Shown: positions 29,622 to 39,418 of the stretch, in pieces
Position numbering within the stretch: position 1 is the first letter of the stretch
Layout of the letters: each line of letters begins with the position of its first letter
Origin: an uncultured Pseudomonadota bacterium
Lineage (GTDB): Bacteria; Pseudomonadota; Alphaproteobacteria; Rs-D84
Assembly: GCA_902793435.1 (NCBI GenBank)
Contig: CADBDF010000001.1
Span: forward strand, 2,418-66,417
Direction of reading: 5' to 3'
DNA: 64,000 nucleotides
Program-made: the position numbers and the translations under genes
The notes under the pieces: model-generated
Told to the model about the DNA's origin: nothing
Seen by the model: the letters and a program-made list of their open reading frames with translations, nothing else
The model's database searches: none

Positions 29622-30884
29622 TTGATGAAAAGTTTTGTATCTGCTTTTGTTATTTTGACGATATTAAACGGATGCGCAACAATCGCCACCAGCGAATTAA
29701 CCGAATTGCGCGATGGATTCGCAAATGATAATTTTGTTGTGGCGGCTGATAAATATTCAAATGGCACCGATATTCAATCCCAAGATAGTTTGCAGTTAAT
29801 GATGACGGGACTTGCCAATTTTCAAGAAAAAAATTATCAAGTCAGCGATGATGCTTTTGAAGAATTCAACCGGAGAAATTATGACACCACCGGGGGCAGC
29901 ATTATTCGCGAAGCAAAAATATTTCTGGGTGGCGGTTTGGCGGCTGAATACAAACCGTCTATGATGGATTCTTTGTTTGTTTCGTATTATCAAATATGGG
30001 ACGCGATTGGTTTGGGGCATAAAAACGATGTACGCGTAATTATTAATCAATCTTATGCACGACAACAAGAAATGTCACGCGCATACGCCGACTTGGTTGA
30101 AAAAAACCAATCACGTATAACAGATGAAAACAAAGGTTTATTGGATAAAATACAACAAGAAAGCGCCACATGGGGTGCATATACCGATATTATGAATCCT
30201 GCGTTAATGTATTTATCTGGGATATGGTTTTTGAATTCTGGTGATTTTAATGATGCCGAAACATATTTAAAACGCGCGGTTGGTATGGCGCCAAAAAACA
30301 CATACGTTGCAACAGATTTAAAATCTGCAGAATCAAAATCGCGACCAAATAATACAACATGGATTTTTATTGAATCAGGATTCGCACCAATATTACATGA
30401 ACAAACGATATCTTTGCCGGTTATTACCAGCAACGGTATAATTGTTCCAGAAATATCAATTGCGGAACCCGTATTTAACAACAGCAAATTTTCTGTTGGT
30501 GGCGCACAAGATTTGGCTGATGTAAATGCAATGTTTATGACCGAATTTAATGAATACAGAATAAATGATGCTTTGCGTGCATGGAGTTCCGCTGTCGCAC
30601 GCACAATCGCCCAGGCGACCGCATATAATTCAAACAGCAAATATGCTGGTTTGATTGGTTTGGGTTCCACTTTATTTTCAATATCAACCACAAATGCAGA
30701 AGTGCGTTCTTGGGTGACATTACCAGAAAAAATTAGTGTTATTCGCGTAAAAACAGGCGACTTGATTGCAAACAATTTTAATGATAAACTGGGCACTGAT
30801 ATAAAATTACCGAAATCTGGGAATCATTTAATTTATATGCGTCAATTAAGTAAAAAACCAATTGTGCATATATTCGATTTATAA
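29622..30884 (+). CDS. Lipoprotein of unknown function (420 aa), co-operonic with the LpoB-like gene
   Basis: Lipobox ILNGCA. Start codon directly abuts the T4CP stop. No family confidently recognised. Confidence 0.45.
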   Translation: MMKSFVSAFVILTILNGCATIATSELTELRDGFANDNFVVAADKYSNGTDIQSQDSLQLMMTGLANFQEKNYQVSDDAFEEFNRRNYDTTGGSIIREAKIFLGGGLAAEYKPSMMDSLFVSYYQIWDAIGLGHKNDVRVIINQSYARQQEMSRAYADLVEKNQSRITDENKGLLDKIQQESATWGAYTDIMNPALMYLSGIWFLNSGDFNDAETYLKRAVGMAPKNTYVATDLKSAESKSRPNNTTWIFIESGFAPILHEQTISLPVITSNGIIVPEISIAEPVFNNSKFSVGGAQDLADVNAMFMTEFNEYRINDALRAWSSAVARTIAQATAYNSNSKYAGLIGLGSTLFSISTTNAEVRSWVTLPEKISVIRVKTGDLIANNFNDKLGTDIKLPKSGNHLIYMRQLSKKPIVHIFDL

Positions 30885-30903
30885 AAAACAAAGGAGTAAA
30901 TAA

Positions 30904-31509
30904 ATGAAAAAAATATTACCATTGGCACTGTGTGCGGTGTTGGCGGCATGTGGTGGAACACGCGTTGTTGATTTGGAAAATGAACGCGATGTCCAAACCA
31001 TGCAAGATGTAATGGAATTGGAATATCGTGATTGGGAAAAAACCGCAACAAAAATGACAGAATCTATGTTGAAAAGCAATGCATTTGCCGGAATTTCAAA
31101 ACCTGTGATTGCGGTTGCAGACATTAAAAACGACACAATGCAAAGATTAGATAGCGATATTTTGGTAAAGAAAATTCGCACAACAATTTTGAAATCTGGT
31201 CGCGCACAAATTGCCACAAACTTTACTGGCGAAGACACAACATCTAACAAAATGCGCAACACACGTGGAAATACCGAATATGACCAATCGACATTTGCCG
31301 ATACTAGAACATTGGTTGCCCCAAACATGTCTTTGTCTGGCAAAATGATTCAACGCAATTTAAAATTGGAATCAGGTTGGTTTTCATCGGTTGATACACG
31401 CGTAGAATATTATTTGCAATTAACATTGACCGATTTGAAAACAGGCCTGGCTGTGTGGGAAGACGAACAACCAATCGTCAAAGAAGGCACCCATGCACCA
31501 ACATGGTAA
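30904..31509 (+). CDS. LpoB-like lipoprotein (COG3417 family)
   Basis: Lipobox LAACGG. The layout of conserved blocks resembles E. coli LpoB: W..T...M..SML, a VADIKNDT...ILKSG block, and a C-terminal YYLQLTLTDLKTG. Confidence 0.5.
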   Translation: MKKILPLALCAVLAACGGTRVVDLENERDVQTMQDVMELEYRDWEKTATKMTESMLKSNAFAGISKPVIAVADIKNDTMQRLDSDILVKKIRTTILKSGRAQIATNFTGEDTTSNKMRNTRGNTEYDQSTFADTRTLVAPNMSLSGKMIQRNLKLESGWFSSVDTRVEYYLQLTLTDLKTGLAVWEDEQPIVKEGTHAPTW

Positions 31510-31529
31510 TCAATATACATAAATATAAA

Positions 31530-31560
31530 ACACCCGATTTTCATCGGGTGTTTTTTGTGA
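31530..31560. terminator. Bidirectional terminator (aaacacccgattttcatcgggtgttttttg)
   Basis: Hairpin with an A/T flank between convergent lpoB-like and der. Confidence 0.55.
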
Positions 31561-31586
31561 CGGATAGATTTTGATTAATGTTGCCA

Positions 31587-32924
31587 TCAATCAAATGGAT
31601 TTTCCGCTTTTTCGTATTCAATTACAATTGGCAAGTGTTCCCAATGCAATGCCGTTGCAATTCCACGTCGCAAATAACGTGTATATGATTCTGGAATATC
31701 CGATGCACCGCCAACATTTATCAATATTCTCATTGGGTGGCGACCTGTTTGACGCGCAAATTTTATGCGCATTGCACGTTTCAATCGCGACATTGGTGGT
31801 TGGCGTTCGGCAACCAATTTTTCAACAATTCTATTTAATAAACTGGTTGGGACATTCGCCATGGATATATCATATTGTTCATAAATGCGTTTAAACATAT
31901 TTTGAACACCGGTACCCTGTTCCGCAGATATCGCCAATATCATCGGTTTTATTATTTGATGAAATGAATTTGTAAATTGATGTTTTAACTTTAATAATTT
32001 TTCATCACGAATTTCAGGTTCAACCAAATCCCACTTATTTAATGCAACACATAAAATCTTGCCCGCATCATAAACACGCGCCGCAATACCTAATGCCTGG
32101 TTTTCTATATTTTTTGTTGCATCAACAACCAAAATTACTATATCTGCGCGTTCAATCGAATCCAATGCCTTTAACGCAGACAATGTTTCAACATCGTCGG
32201 TCACCCCAGATTTACGGCGTAATCCCGCCGTATCCATCAGCAATATATCACGACCATAAAAACGCGTTGGAATTTTTACTGTATCACGTGTGATTCCAGG
32301 TGCGTCCATAACAATTTGACGGTTTTCGCCCAATACACGATTTACAAATGTCGATTTACCCACATTTGGCTGACCCAAAACAGCAATTTTTATACGTGTA
32401 TCTGGTTCGGGCTCGATGGCATTTATATCAATATTTTTTTCCAGTGCGATTTTATCCAAAAATTCAAAAATTTCATCAAAACCGCGTTTATGTTCCGCAG
32501 ATACCATTACAGCCGCACCACAACCCAATTTCAAAAATTCATGTATATCTGCAATTTTTTTGTTAGATTCTGTTTTATTCGCCAACAATAAAATTGGCGC
32601 CTTTGTTTTACGATGAATTAGTTTCGCCCATTCTATATCCATCGCATTTAATCCAGCACGTCCATCAACAACAAATAACACCGCGTCCGCAGATGCAATC
32701 GCATTTATCGCGATATTCGTAGAATCTGCGGCTATCCCAGTTTTAGCATTTTCCAAACCCGCCGTATCAAATAATTCATACGGACGATTTTTGATTTGCC
32801 CGGATACCATATCACGCGTCACCCCAGGGCGATCATGCACCAGCGCATCACGCGACCCAGTCAGCGCGTTAAATAAAGTTGATTTTCCCGTATTGGGGCG
32901 ACCCGCTATTATTACTTTCATCAT
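31587..32924 (-). CDS. der: Ribosome-biogenesis GTPase Der (EngA)
   Basis: Two tandem GTPase domains (GRPNTGKSTLFN, GQPNVGKSTFVN) and a KH-like C-terminus. Confidence 0.9.
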   Translation of the reverse strand: MMKVIIAGRPNTGKSTLFNALTGSRDALVHDRPGVTRDMVSGQIKNRPYELFDTAGLENAKTGIAADSTNIAINAIASADAVLFVVDGRAGLNAMDIEWAKLIHRKTKAPILLLANKTESNKKIADIHEFLKLGCGAAVMVSAEHKRGFDEIFEFLDKIALEKNIDINAIEPEPDTRIKIAVLGQPNVGKSTFVNRVLGENRQIVMDAPGITRDTVKIPTRFYGRDILLMDTAGLRRKSGVTDDVETLSALKALDSIERADIVILVVDATKNIENQALGIAARVYDAGKILCVALNKWDLVEPEIRDEKLLKLKHQFTNSFHQIIKPMILAISAEQGTGVQNMFKRIYEQYDISMANVPTSLLNRIVEKLVAERQPPMSRLKRAMRIKFARQTGRHPMRILINVGGASDIPESYTRYLRRGIATALHWEHLPIVIEYEKAENPFD

Positions 32925-32995
32925 TTGTTTTTCTCGTTGATTTTTTGTTATTATAAAGCAAAAATAGAAATAAGCAAATCAAAGGGAGTTAAAAT

Positions 32996-33592
32996 ATGCA
33001 CTACAAAACAAAAAAATTGCTGAATAATATTCGCGACGCAATTATCAACCCCAAAAGTTTTTTCAAAAAAATTGTCGCTGATGGTGATTTGGAAGAATCT
33101 ATGCTTATGGCATTTATATATGGATTGATTGGGGGTGCGTTGGTGTTGTTTTTCCGCTTAATTGGTGGTGCAACAATCACAATTGGAACTGTATTTTCTC
33201 AATTAATTATCGTTCCGGTTTTGGCGGTGGCTTTGTTATTTATCATGGGCGGATTGCTGATGCTGATTTCCGAAATTACTGGTGGCGAACGCGATTGGGA
33301 AATTGCAATCAAAGGTTTGGCATCTGTATTTTTTATGTATCCTGTGATATTGTTATTAAATTCTTGCGCGTTTAACTGTTGGTCAATGTGGGTAATTAGT
33401 TTATTAGTTGATGCATGGATTTTATACATGCTGTATTGTCTGTCTGTTTATTGCATGCGTGGCGCTCGATTTAATGTGTTGTTAGTTATTGGTATTTTGG
33501 CTGTATTTATTTTAACAGTATATGTCAGTGATTACAGAATTAGTTGGTTTATGATGAAAAATGCCGGCGCAACACTTTCGTGTTTGTTATAA
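32996..33592 (+). CDS. Yip1-domain-like polytopic membrane protein
   Basis: About five TM helices; the N-terminal PKSFFKKI region is typical of the Yip1/DUF1282 family. Confidence 0.45.
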   Translation: MHYKTKKLLNNIRDAIINPKSFFKKIVADGDLEESMLMAFIYGLIGGALVLFFRLIGGATITIGTVFSQLIIVPVLAVALLFIMGGLLMLISEITGGERDWEIAIKGLASVFFMYPVILLLNSCAFNCWSMWVISLLVDAWILYMLYCLSVYCMRGARFNVLLVIGILAVFILTVYVSDYRISWFMMKNAGATLSCLL

Positions 33593-33637
33593 TCAAACGG
33601 GCAATGCCCGTTTTTTTTAAGTATGGTGCTTTTTGTA

Positions 33638-33752
33638 ACACCCCCTCCACCCGCTTTCGCTTCGCTGCAGCGAGGTCCCCCTCCCCAATGCTTACCCAAA
33701 AAATTTTTACAAATTTTTCGAGGCCCAGCGGGGCGGAATTTATTTGCAAATG
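33638..33752. repeat. GC-rich mosaic repeat element, full-length type
   Basis: CCCCCTCCACCCGCTTTCGCTTCGCTGCAGCGAGGTCCCCCTCCCCA...TTTTTACAAATTTTTCGAGGCCCAGCGGGGCGGAATT; homolog of 22919..23030. Confidence 0.6.
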
Positions 33753-33902
33753 GGAATTTTTGATTTTATAATACGACGGTTGCGGGGGGCAATTGTTCAT
33801 TTTTGCACTTTTATTGTTTTTTATTTTTAGCACGAGTGTAAAAACGAATAATTTTCTCCGCAAAATAAACTTTAATTTAACAATAAAAAATGGAGAAAAC
33901 TG

Positions 33903-36086
33903 ATGTTATTTGGTTTATTAAATAAAAATAACAAAGATGCAGATGCGCATCCTTTGAATCACCCAGTCGCAGTTGAAATCAAATATGGTGATGAAACATT
34001 GCGTTTGGAAACAGGCCGTATGGCAAAACAGGCAAATGGTTCTGTGTTTGCAACAATGGGCGGAACAATGGTTTTGGCAACTGTGTGCGCCGAAAAAACC
34101 GCGGTCGAAGGTCAAGATTTCTTTCCTTTGACGGTTGATTATCAAGAAAAATTTGCGTCATCTGGTCGTATTCCGGGTTCCCGCGACAGACGTGAAGGCA
34201 AACCATCAACCAGCGAAACATTGATTGCGCGTTTGATTGACCGCCCTATTCGTCCATTGTTTCCAGAAACATTTAAAAACAAAGTTCAAATTATTGCCCA
34301 GGTGTTTTCATACGATAAAAAAAATCAACCTGATATTTTGGCTATGATTGCGTCAAGTGCGGCATTGGCTTTGTCTGGTGTTCCTTTCCAAGGTCCAATT
34401 GGTGCGGCACGTGTTGGTTATGTCGATGGCAAATATGTATTGAATCCTTCGAAACGCGATGTCGATACACAATCTGAAATGGATTTGGTTGTTGCCGCAA
34501 CACATGATGGTGTGTTGATGGTCGAATCCGAAATCGGCGAATTAGACGAAGAAACAACTTTGGGTGCGGTTAAATTCGGTTTTGATGCACAACAAACTGT
34601 GATTGATGCCATCAATGAATTGGTCCAACAGGCCGGTAAGGAACGTTGGGAAATTCCACAAAATACCGCTGAATATGACGCAATGGTTGCAGATTTTGCT
34701 CAATTCGAACCACAAATTAGTGATGCTTTGTTAATCAAAGAAAAACTGCACAGATTGGAAACATTGGCGGAAATTCATGCCGCTGCCAAGGCACGAATCC
34801 CAGAATTGTTCAACGACACAACAACCGCAACATCAACTTTGGAATCATGGGCTGATGAAATTATTGAAAATTTGACCGCTAAAATTATGCGCGGAAACAT
34901 ATTGGCTGGGAAACCACGTATTGATGGACGTGATACAAAAACTGTGCGTCCAATCGAAATTGAATTGGGCGTATTACCACGCGCACATGGTTCCGCATTA
35001 TTTACACGCGGCGAAACCCAGGCTTTGGTTTCATTGACATTGGGTGGCGGCAAAGATGCATTGCCAATCGAAAGTTTGGACGGTGCCGATGAACGCGATT
35101 TCATTTTGAACTATAATTTCCCAGGTTATTCTGTGGGCGAAGCCAAAGGTTTAAAATCCCCAGGTCGTCGTGAATTGGGGCATGGTAATTTGGCATGGCG
35201 TGCATTGCACCCAATGATGCCAAGTCGTGAAAAATTCGATTATGTCGTACGTGTTTGCAGTGATATTTTAGAATCTAATGGTTCTTCATCAATGGCAACA
35301 ACATGTGGCGCGACATTGGCAATGATGGACGGTGGTGTGCCTATTACTCGTCCGGTTGCAGGTATCGCAATGGGATTGATTAAAGAAGGCGACGATTATG
35401 CAATATTGACCGATATTTTGGGCGACGAAGACCACTTGGGCGATATGGACTTTAAAGTGACCGGAACCAAAGACGGTATTACTGCATTGCAAATGGATAT
35501 CAAAATCACTTCTATCACATTTGATATTATGAAACATGCGTTGGAACAGGCAAAGGCTGGTCGTATGCACATTTTGGGCAAAATTACCGATGCCATTGCA
35601 GAACCACGCAATACGGTTTCTAAATATGCACCACAGGTTTATACAATCAATATCAATCCTGAAAAAGTACGCGATGTTATCGGCAAAGGCGGCGTTGTTA
35701 TCCAGGCTTTGGTTAGAGAAACAAACACAACCATTGATTTGGAAGACGACGGAACCGTCAAGATTTTGGCAACAACCAAAGAGGACGCAGACGCCGCAAT
35801 CGCACGCATCAAAGAAATCTGCGCAGAACCAGAGGTTGGCCATATTTACAAAGGAACCGTCACTGGCGTAAAAGACTTTGGTATTTTCGTTAAAATTATG
35901 AACAATTTTGAATCCATGGTTCATATTTCCGAAATATCCAAAAAACGCCTGAAAAAGATTGAAGACGCCGGCATCAAAGAAGGCGACACCGTATATGTAA
36001 GATACACCGGTATCGATGCACGCGGTAAGACCCATTTGTCTATGCTGGGTATCAATCAAGAAACAGGCGAAGAAGTCGAACAATAA
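33903..36086 (+). CDS. pnp: Polyribonucleotide nucleotidyltransferase
   Basis: 727 aa with two RNase PH domains plus KH and S1 domains. It is not preceded by rpsO, which lies at 13.2 kb. Confidence 0.9.
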   Translation: MLFGLLNKNNKDADAHPLNHPVAVEIKYGDETLRLETGRMAKQANGSVFATMGGTMVLATVCAEKTAVEGQDFFPLTVDYQEKFASSGRIPGSRDRREGKPSTSETLIARLIDRPIRPLFPETFKNKVQIIAQVFSYDKKNQPDILAMIASSAALALSGVPFQGPIGAARVGYVDGKYVLNPSKRDVDTQSEMDLVVAATHDGVLMVESEIGELDEETTLGAVKFGFDAQQTVIDAINELVQQAGKERWEIPQNTAEYDAMVADFAQFEPQISDALLIKEKLHRLETLAEIHAAAKARIPELFNDTTTATSTLESWADEIIENLTAKIMRGNILAGKPRIDGRDTKTVRPIEIELGVLPRAHGSALFTRGETQALVSLTLGGGKDALPIESLDGADERDFILNYNFPGYSVGEAKGLKSPGRRELGHGNLAWRALHPMMPSREKFDYVVRVCSDILESNGSSSMATTCGATLAMMDGGVPITRPVAGIAMGLIKEGDDYAILTDILGDEDHLGDMDFKVTGTKDGITALQMDIKITSITFDIMKHALEQAKAGRMHILGKITDAIAEPRNTVSKYAPQVYTININPEKVRDVIGKGGVVIQALVRETNTTIDLEDDGTVKILATTKEDADAAIARIKEICAEPEVGHIYKGTVTGVKDFGIFVKIMNNFESMVHISEISKKRLKKIEDAGIKEGDTVYVRYTGIDARGKTHLSMLGINQETGEEVEQ

Positions 36087-36097
36087 AAAACAATATT

Positions 36098-36128
36098 CAG
36101 CCCTGGGATTTTCCAGGGCTGAATCATA
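36098..36128 (+). terminator. Terminator hairpin cagccctgggattttccagggctg
   Basis: Perfect 9-bp stem immediately after the pnp stop. Confidence 0.55.
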
Positions 36129-36147
36129 ACAGTTAAGGATTTTATGT

Positions 36148-36531
36148 ATGAAAAACAAACCTGTGAGAAATACTGTTGCGGGTCGCTGGGCGGATGCAAA
36201 TGGATACAGCATTCACAAGGCAATCATTTATCGGCACAGATTAAAACAAAACATCCGTTTTGGTTGTGCAAAAACGGGATACAGAGATACGTTTTTAACA
36301 TGCCTTGATAAGCCATATTACCATTTTGCTATTTATTATCGCCAGGATGATGAATGGTTATTGTATGGCATTAACGACCATTGGGAATTTCGGTCTGAAT
36401 ACGAAGTGGCAGAGTTTGCAAACAAACATTTAATACCGTTCTATGAATTGGATTCTGGGTTTGCAAATATGTGCAAAGTGCCAAATAATGCAGTACAATT
36501 ATTACGCATAAATAAACAAAGGATAAAATAA
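36148..36531 (+). CDS. Hypothetical protein (127 aa), translationally coupled to ybaB
   Basis: ORF; its stop overlaps the ybaB start (TAATG). No family recognised. Confidence 0.4.
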   Translation: MKNKPVRNTVAGRWADANGYSIHKAIIYRHRLKQNIRFGCAKTGYRDTFLTCLDKPYYHFAIYYRQDDEWLLYGINDHWEFRSEYEVAEFANKHLIPFYELDSGFANMCKVPNNAVQLLRINKQRIK

Positions 36532-36830
36532 TGGATTTAAACGAAATGTTGGCCCAGGCCAAAGATTTACAAGCCCGCGTGGCAGATGTTCAAAACTCTT
36601 TGGATAATATTACAGTCAAAGGTTTGGCTGGAAATGGCGCGTGCATTGTTGAATTAACCGGGAAATACGATTTGGTTAATGTGACCATCGCAGAAAGCGC
36701 AATGCAAAACACCGCCGATAACATGTCTAAAATCGTCGCAGACGCGTTTAAAGATGCAAAAGCAAAAGCAGATGCCATAATCGACGAAAAGATGTCTGCG
36801 GCGACAAATGGCGTTAATTTACCGTTTTAA
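36531..36830 (+). CDS. ybaB: Nucleoid-associated protein YbaB/EbfC
   Basis: 99 aa MDLNEMLAQAKDLQ...VELTGKYDLVNVTI, typical YbaB. Confidence 0.8.
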   Translation: MDLNEMLAQAKDLQARVADVQNSLDNITVKGLAGNGACIVELTGKYDLVNVTIAESAMQNTADNMSKIVADAFKDAKAKADAIIDEKMSAATNGVNLPF

Positions 36831-36835
36831 TCCGC

Positions 36836-36905
36836 TTGCGCTACGCTACAGCGAGACAGGTCCGTTTATGCCCTGGTGGGATACAGCGAGATTACAGGGT
36901 TCAAT
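36836..36905. repeat. GC-rich repeat variant (GCGCTACGCTACAGCGAG module)
   Basis: Related to the GCTTCGCTTCAGCGAGG core of the main repeat family. Confidence 0.35.
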
Positions 36906-36932
36906 AAATGCGTATGGCAAAGACATACAACA

Positions 36933-37151
36933 TTACTTATATGTGCGGACAGCGGTTAATGCCAGCCCACGATGAAACAAAGCACACATCAAGTCTGGTG
37001 GCACAGGCTGTTTGCCAGATTCGTATTTATGTAAATCACGAACAGATATTTTTAATATTTTAGCGGCATCATTGGTATTTATACGCAATCCACGACGGGC
37101 ACGCCGTAATTGTTCGCCAACATGGCGTGCATCAATTAAAACGATAGACAT
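36933..37151 (-). CDS. Small HTH (XRE-like) transcriptional regulator
   Basis: 72 aa; LRRARRGLRINTNDAAKILKISVRDLHKYESG matches the helix-turn-helix pattern. Confidence 0.45.
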   Translation of the reverse strand: MSIVLIDARHVGEQLRRARRGLRINTNDAAKILKISVRDLHKYESGKQPVPPDLMCALFHRGLALTAVRTYK

Positions 37152-37415
37152 TTTCTTTCCTCCCCTTGATTTAAAAAAAATACCGCAAAAAATGTGCGGT
37201 TGGAGGCAAGAAAAACTACTACCAAGAATAGCGTTGCTTATTCAAAATATTCGCAACCCTCCAACCACATGGTGCTGGAGATAACTTGGTAATAAGGGTT
37301 TTCTTGTCCCACATTGGCAACCCACCAATGCAAGTGTATTTTAACCGATATGTTATAAATTTGCAAATCTTTTATTTATTTTTGACATCAAAATACCGCC
37401 CATTTGGGCGGTGTT

Positions 37416-37958
37416 TTATTTTTTAGCGGGCGCAACGATTATTGATTTTGTTCTTTCATCTGGTTTGGATTTTGATTCCAATGTGCCGCGTTCCCCGATT
37501 ATTTCCAAAATGTGTGCGAATAATTCAGGAATCGCGTCACGACCCTGACCCAAAACCCTTTTGTTACCCTTGGTCATAACAGAGATTTTTACTTTGTCGC
37601 CGTCACCCAAAAATTCAAAAACCTTTTTCATTTTAATTTGCAAATCGTTTTCTTCGATAAATGGTTTTACCCACACATCACGCAAACTGGTTGTTTTTTG
37701 GTTTTTGCGAGCCTCGGCCGCACGTTTTTTCTGGTCGTATTTATATTTGCCATAATCCATTATTTTTACGATAGGTGTATCGCCATTGCTGTTGATTTCA
37801 ACCAAATCTAAGCCGGCATTTGCCGCCATTTCCAAGGCAGCGGTTGTTGGCATTACGCCCATATTTTGTCCGTCAGCATTGATTACCTGGACAGATTTTG
37901 CAAAAATCCGGTTGTTTATACGCGGACCCATATCGCGGCGATTGTCACGGTTATTCAT
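37416..37958 (-). CDS. infC: Translation initiation factor IF-3
   Basis: 180 aa with ...INEEIRA-like N and C domains (VKIMDYGKYKYDQKKR). Solitary: no thrS, rpmI or rplT nearby. Confidence 0.85.
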   Translation of the reverse strand: MNNRDNRRDMGPRINNRIFAKSVQVINADGQNMGVMPTTAALEMAANAGLDLVEINSNGDTPIVKIMDYGKYKYDQKKRAAEARKNQKTTSLRDVWVKPFIEENDLQIKMKKVFEFLGDGDKVKISVMTKGNKRVLGQGRDAIPELFAHILEIIGERGTLESKSKPDERTKSIIVAPAKK

Positions 37959-38010
37959 GTGTTTTTAGGCTCCTTTATTTTTTTACCTGTAATCAAATTA
38001 TTAAATATAT

Positions 38011-38784
38011 TTATTGGTTTTTCAACATTTTTTGCAATTCTTGTAATGCCGTCCATGCATCGCGTTTCGCCGATGGTTTTAACATTAAATAATTCGGGTG
38101 ATAAATCGACATTACCGTTGTGCCGCTTTCTGTGACTGATACGCGTCCATGCGCGTGCGCCAGTTGAATTCCCGCAATTTCCATTGCCGGTGTTGCACCA
38201 AGTGTTAAAATCATTTTTGGTGATAAAAATTCTAATATTCTGTTTAAAAATGGACGCGTCAAAGCCAATTCATCCGCCGTTGGGGTGCGACCACCCGGGG
38301 TGCGCCAAAATACAATCGGCACAATCGAAACATTGTCACGCGACATGCCAATCGCAGACAACATTTTATCAAATAATTCCCCTGCCCCACCTGATAAAAC
38401 ACAACCAGACGCATCATCATCGGCACCCGGCACATCGGTTATTACAACCAATCCGTTTGGATTTTTTGCAATGTTTGGGAAAACTGTCTTGGTTGCAACA
38501 GAACGCAAAGGATGATTAAATTCCCCAATCATGCGAATCAAATTATCCAAATCCCCAGGACGAGATGCCATAGAAATTGCCGTATCAACAGATACAGTTT
38601 CAATTGGTGAAATTGGTGGTACAACCGTCACATGTTGCAAACCCGCATGCACATTGGGGGTTGTCGTTGTTTGTGTTTGTGTATTTTGTGCGCCATTCCA
38701 TTTTGCACGCAATACAAACGGAACATCTGCCAATTCCCATTTAACCCCAGCCAATTCTAAATCGCGTATATTATAGTCGTTCAT
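38011..38784 (-). CDS. Uracil-DNA glycosylase superfamily protein (family 4/5-like) with an N-terminal extension of about 110 aa
   Basis: Motif A-like VITDVPGADDD and a C-terminal HPNYLMLKPSAKRDAW (HPS.LLRNP..K..AW pattern). Confidence 0.55.
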   Translation of the reverse strand: MNDYNIRDLELAGVKWELADVPFVLRAKWNGAQNTQTQTTTTPNVHAGLQHVTVVPPISPIETVSVDTAISMASRPGDLDNLIRMIGEFNHPLRSVATKTVFPNIAKNPNGLVVITDVPGADDDASGCVLSGGAGELFDKMLSAIGMSRDNVSIVPIVFWRTPGGRTPTADELALTRPFLNRILEFLSPKMILTLGATPAMEIAGIQLAHAHGRVSVTESGTTVMSIYHPNYLMLKPSAKRDAWTALQELQKMLKNQ

Positions 38785-38866
38785 TTTTTATGTTTTCCCA
38801 CTTGCTTTTAGACTTATTTTAGTATAAAATAAACCACGAGTAACAAAAACTCAAGGGAGTATTTTC

Positions 38867-39283
38867 ATGAAAGTAAGAAACTTTGCTTTGTTGGCTGGTG
38901 TTGCTGGTATGTTGGCCGCCTGTGGTGGTTCAAATATTGTCGAACCTGCTGACTTGAATAATCAACGCGTGTTCTTCGCATTTAATTCTTCTGAAATTTC
39001 CAAAGAAGCCAATGACAATTTGTTGGCACAATCTTTGTATATGAAAAATCACGAAGATGTTAAAGTCCAAATTGCTGGTAATTGCGACGAACGTGGTTCC
39101 ACAGAATACAACTTGGCATTGGGCGCACGTCGTGCAAACGCTGCTAAATCAGTGTTAGTCAATGACGGTATCGATGCAAAACGTATTTCCACAATTTCAT
39201 ACGGTAAAGAACGTCCTTTGGTTAAAGGAACCGGCGAATCCGTATGGCAATGGAACCGTAACGCAACAACAACTGTTAAATAA
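38867..39283 (+). CDS. pal: Peptidoglycan-associated lipoprotein (OmpA family)
   Basis: Lipobox LAACGG; OmpA_C motifs NCDERGSTEYNLALGARRANA. Solitary: no tolB is adjacent. Confidence 0.8.
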   Translation: MKVRNFALLAGVAGMLAACGGSNIVEPADLNNQRVFFAFNSSEISKEANDNLLAQSLYMKNHEDVKVQIAGNCDERGSTEYNLALGARRANAAKSVLVNDGIDAKRISTISYGKERPLVKGTGESVWQWNRNATTTVK

Positions 39284-39303
39284 TAGTTAGTTGAAAGATT
39301 CAA

Positions 39304-39404
39304 AAAAATACCGGCAATTGTCGGTATTTTTTTAAATTCAGTGTTCAACACACAGAGTTCGGTTATGGCATAAAAAATACCGGCATTTGCCGGTATTTTT
39401 TGCT
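39304..39404. terminator. Tandem pair of terminator hairpins (taccggcaattgtcggta; taccggcatttgccggta), ACCGGCATTTGCCGGT family
   Basis: Two hairpins 68 bp apart, each with A/T flanks, between convergent pal and parB. Confidence 0.55.
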
Positions 39405-39418
39405 ATTTTTTAACATTT

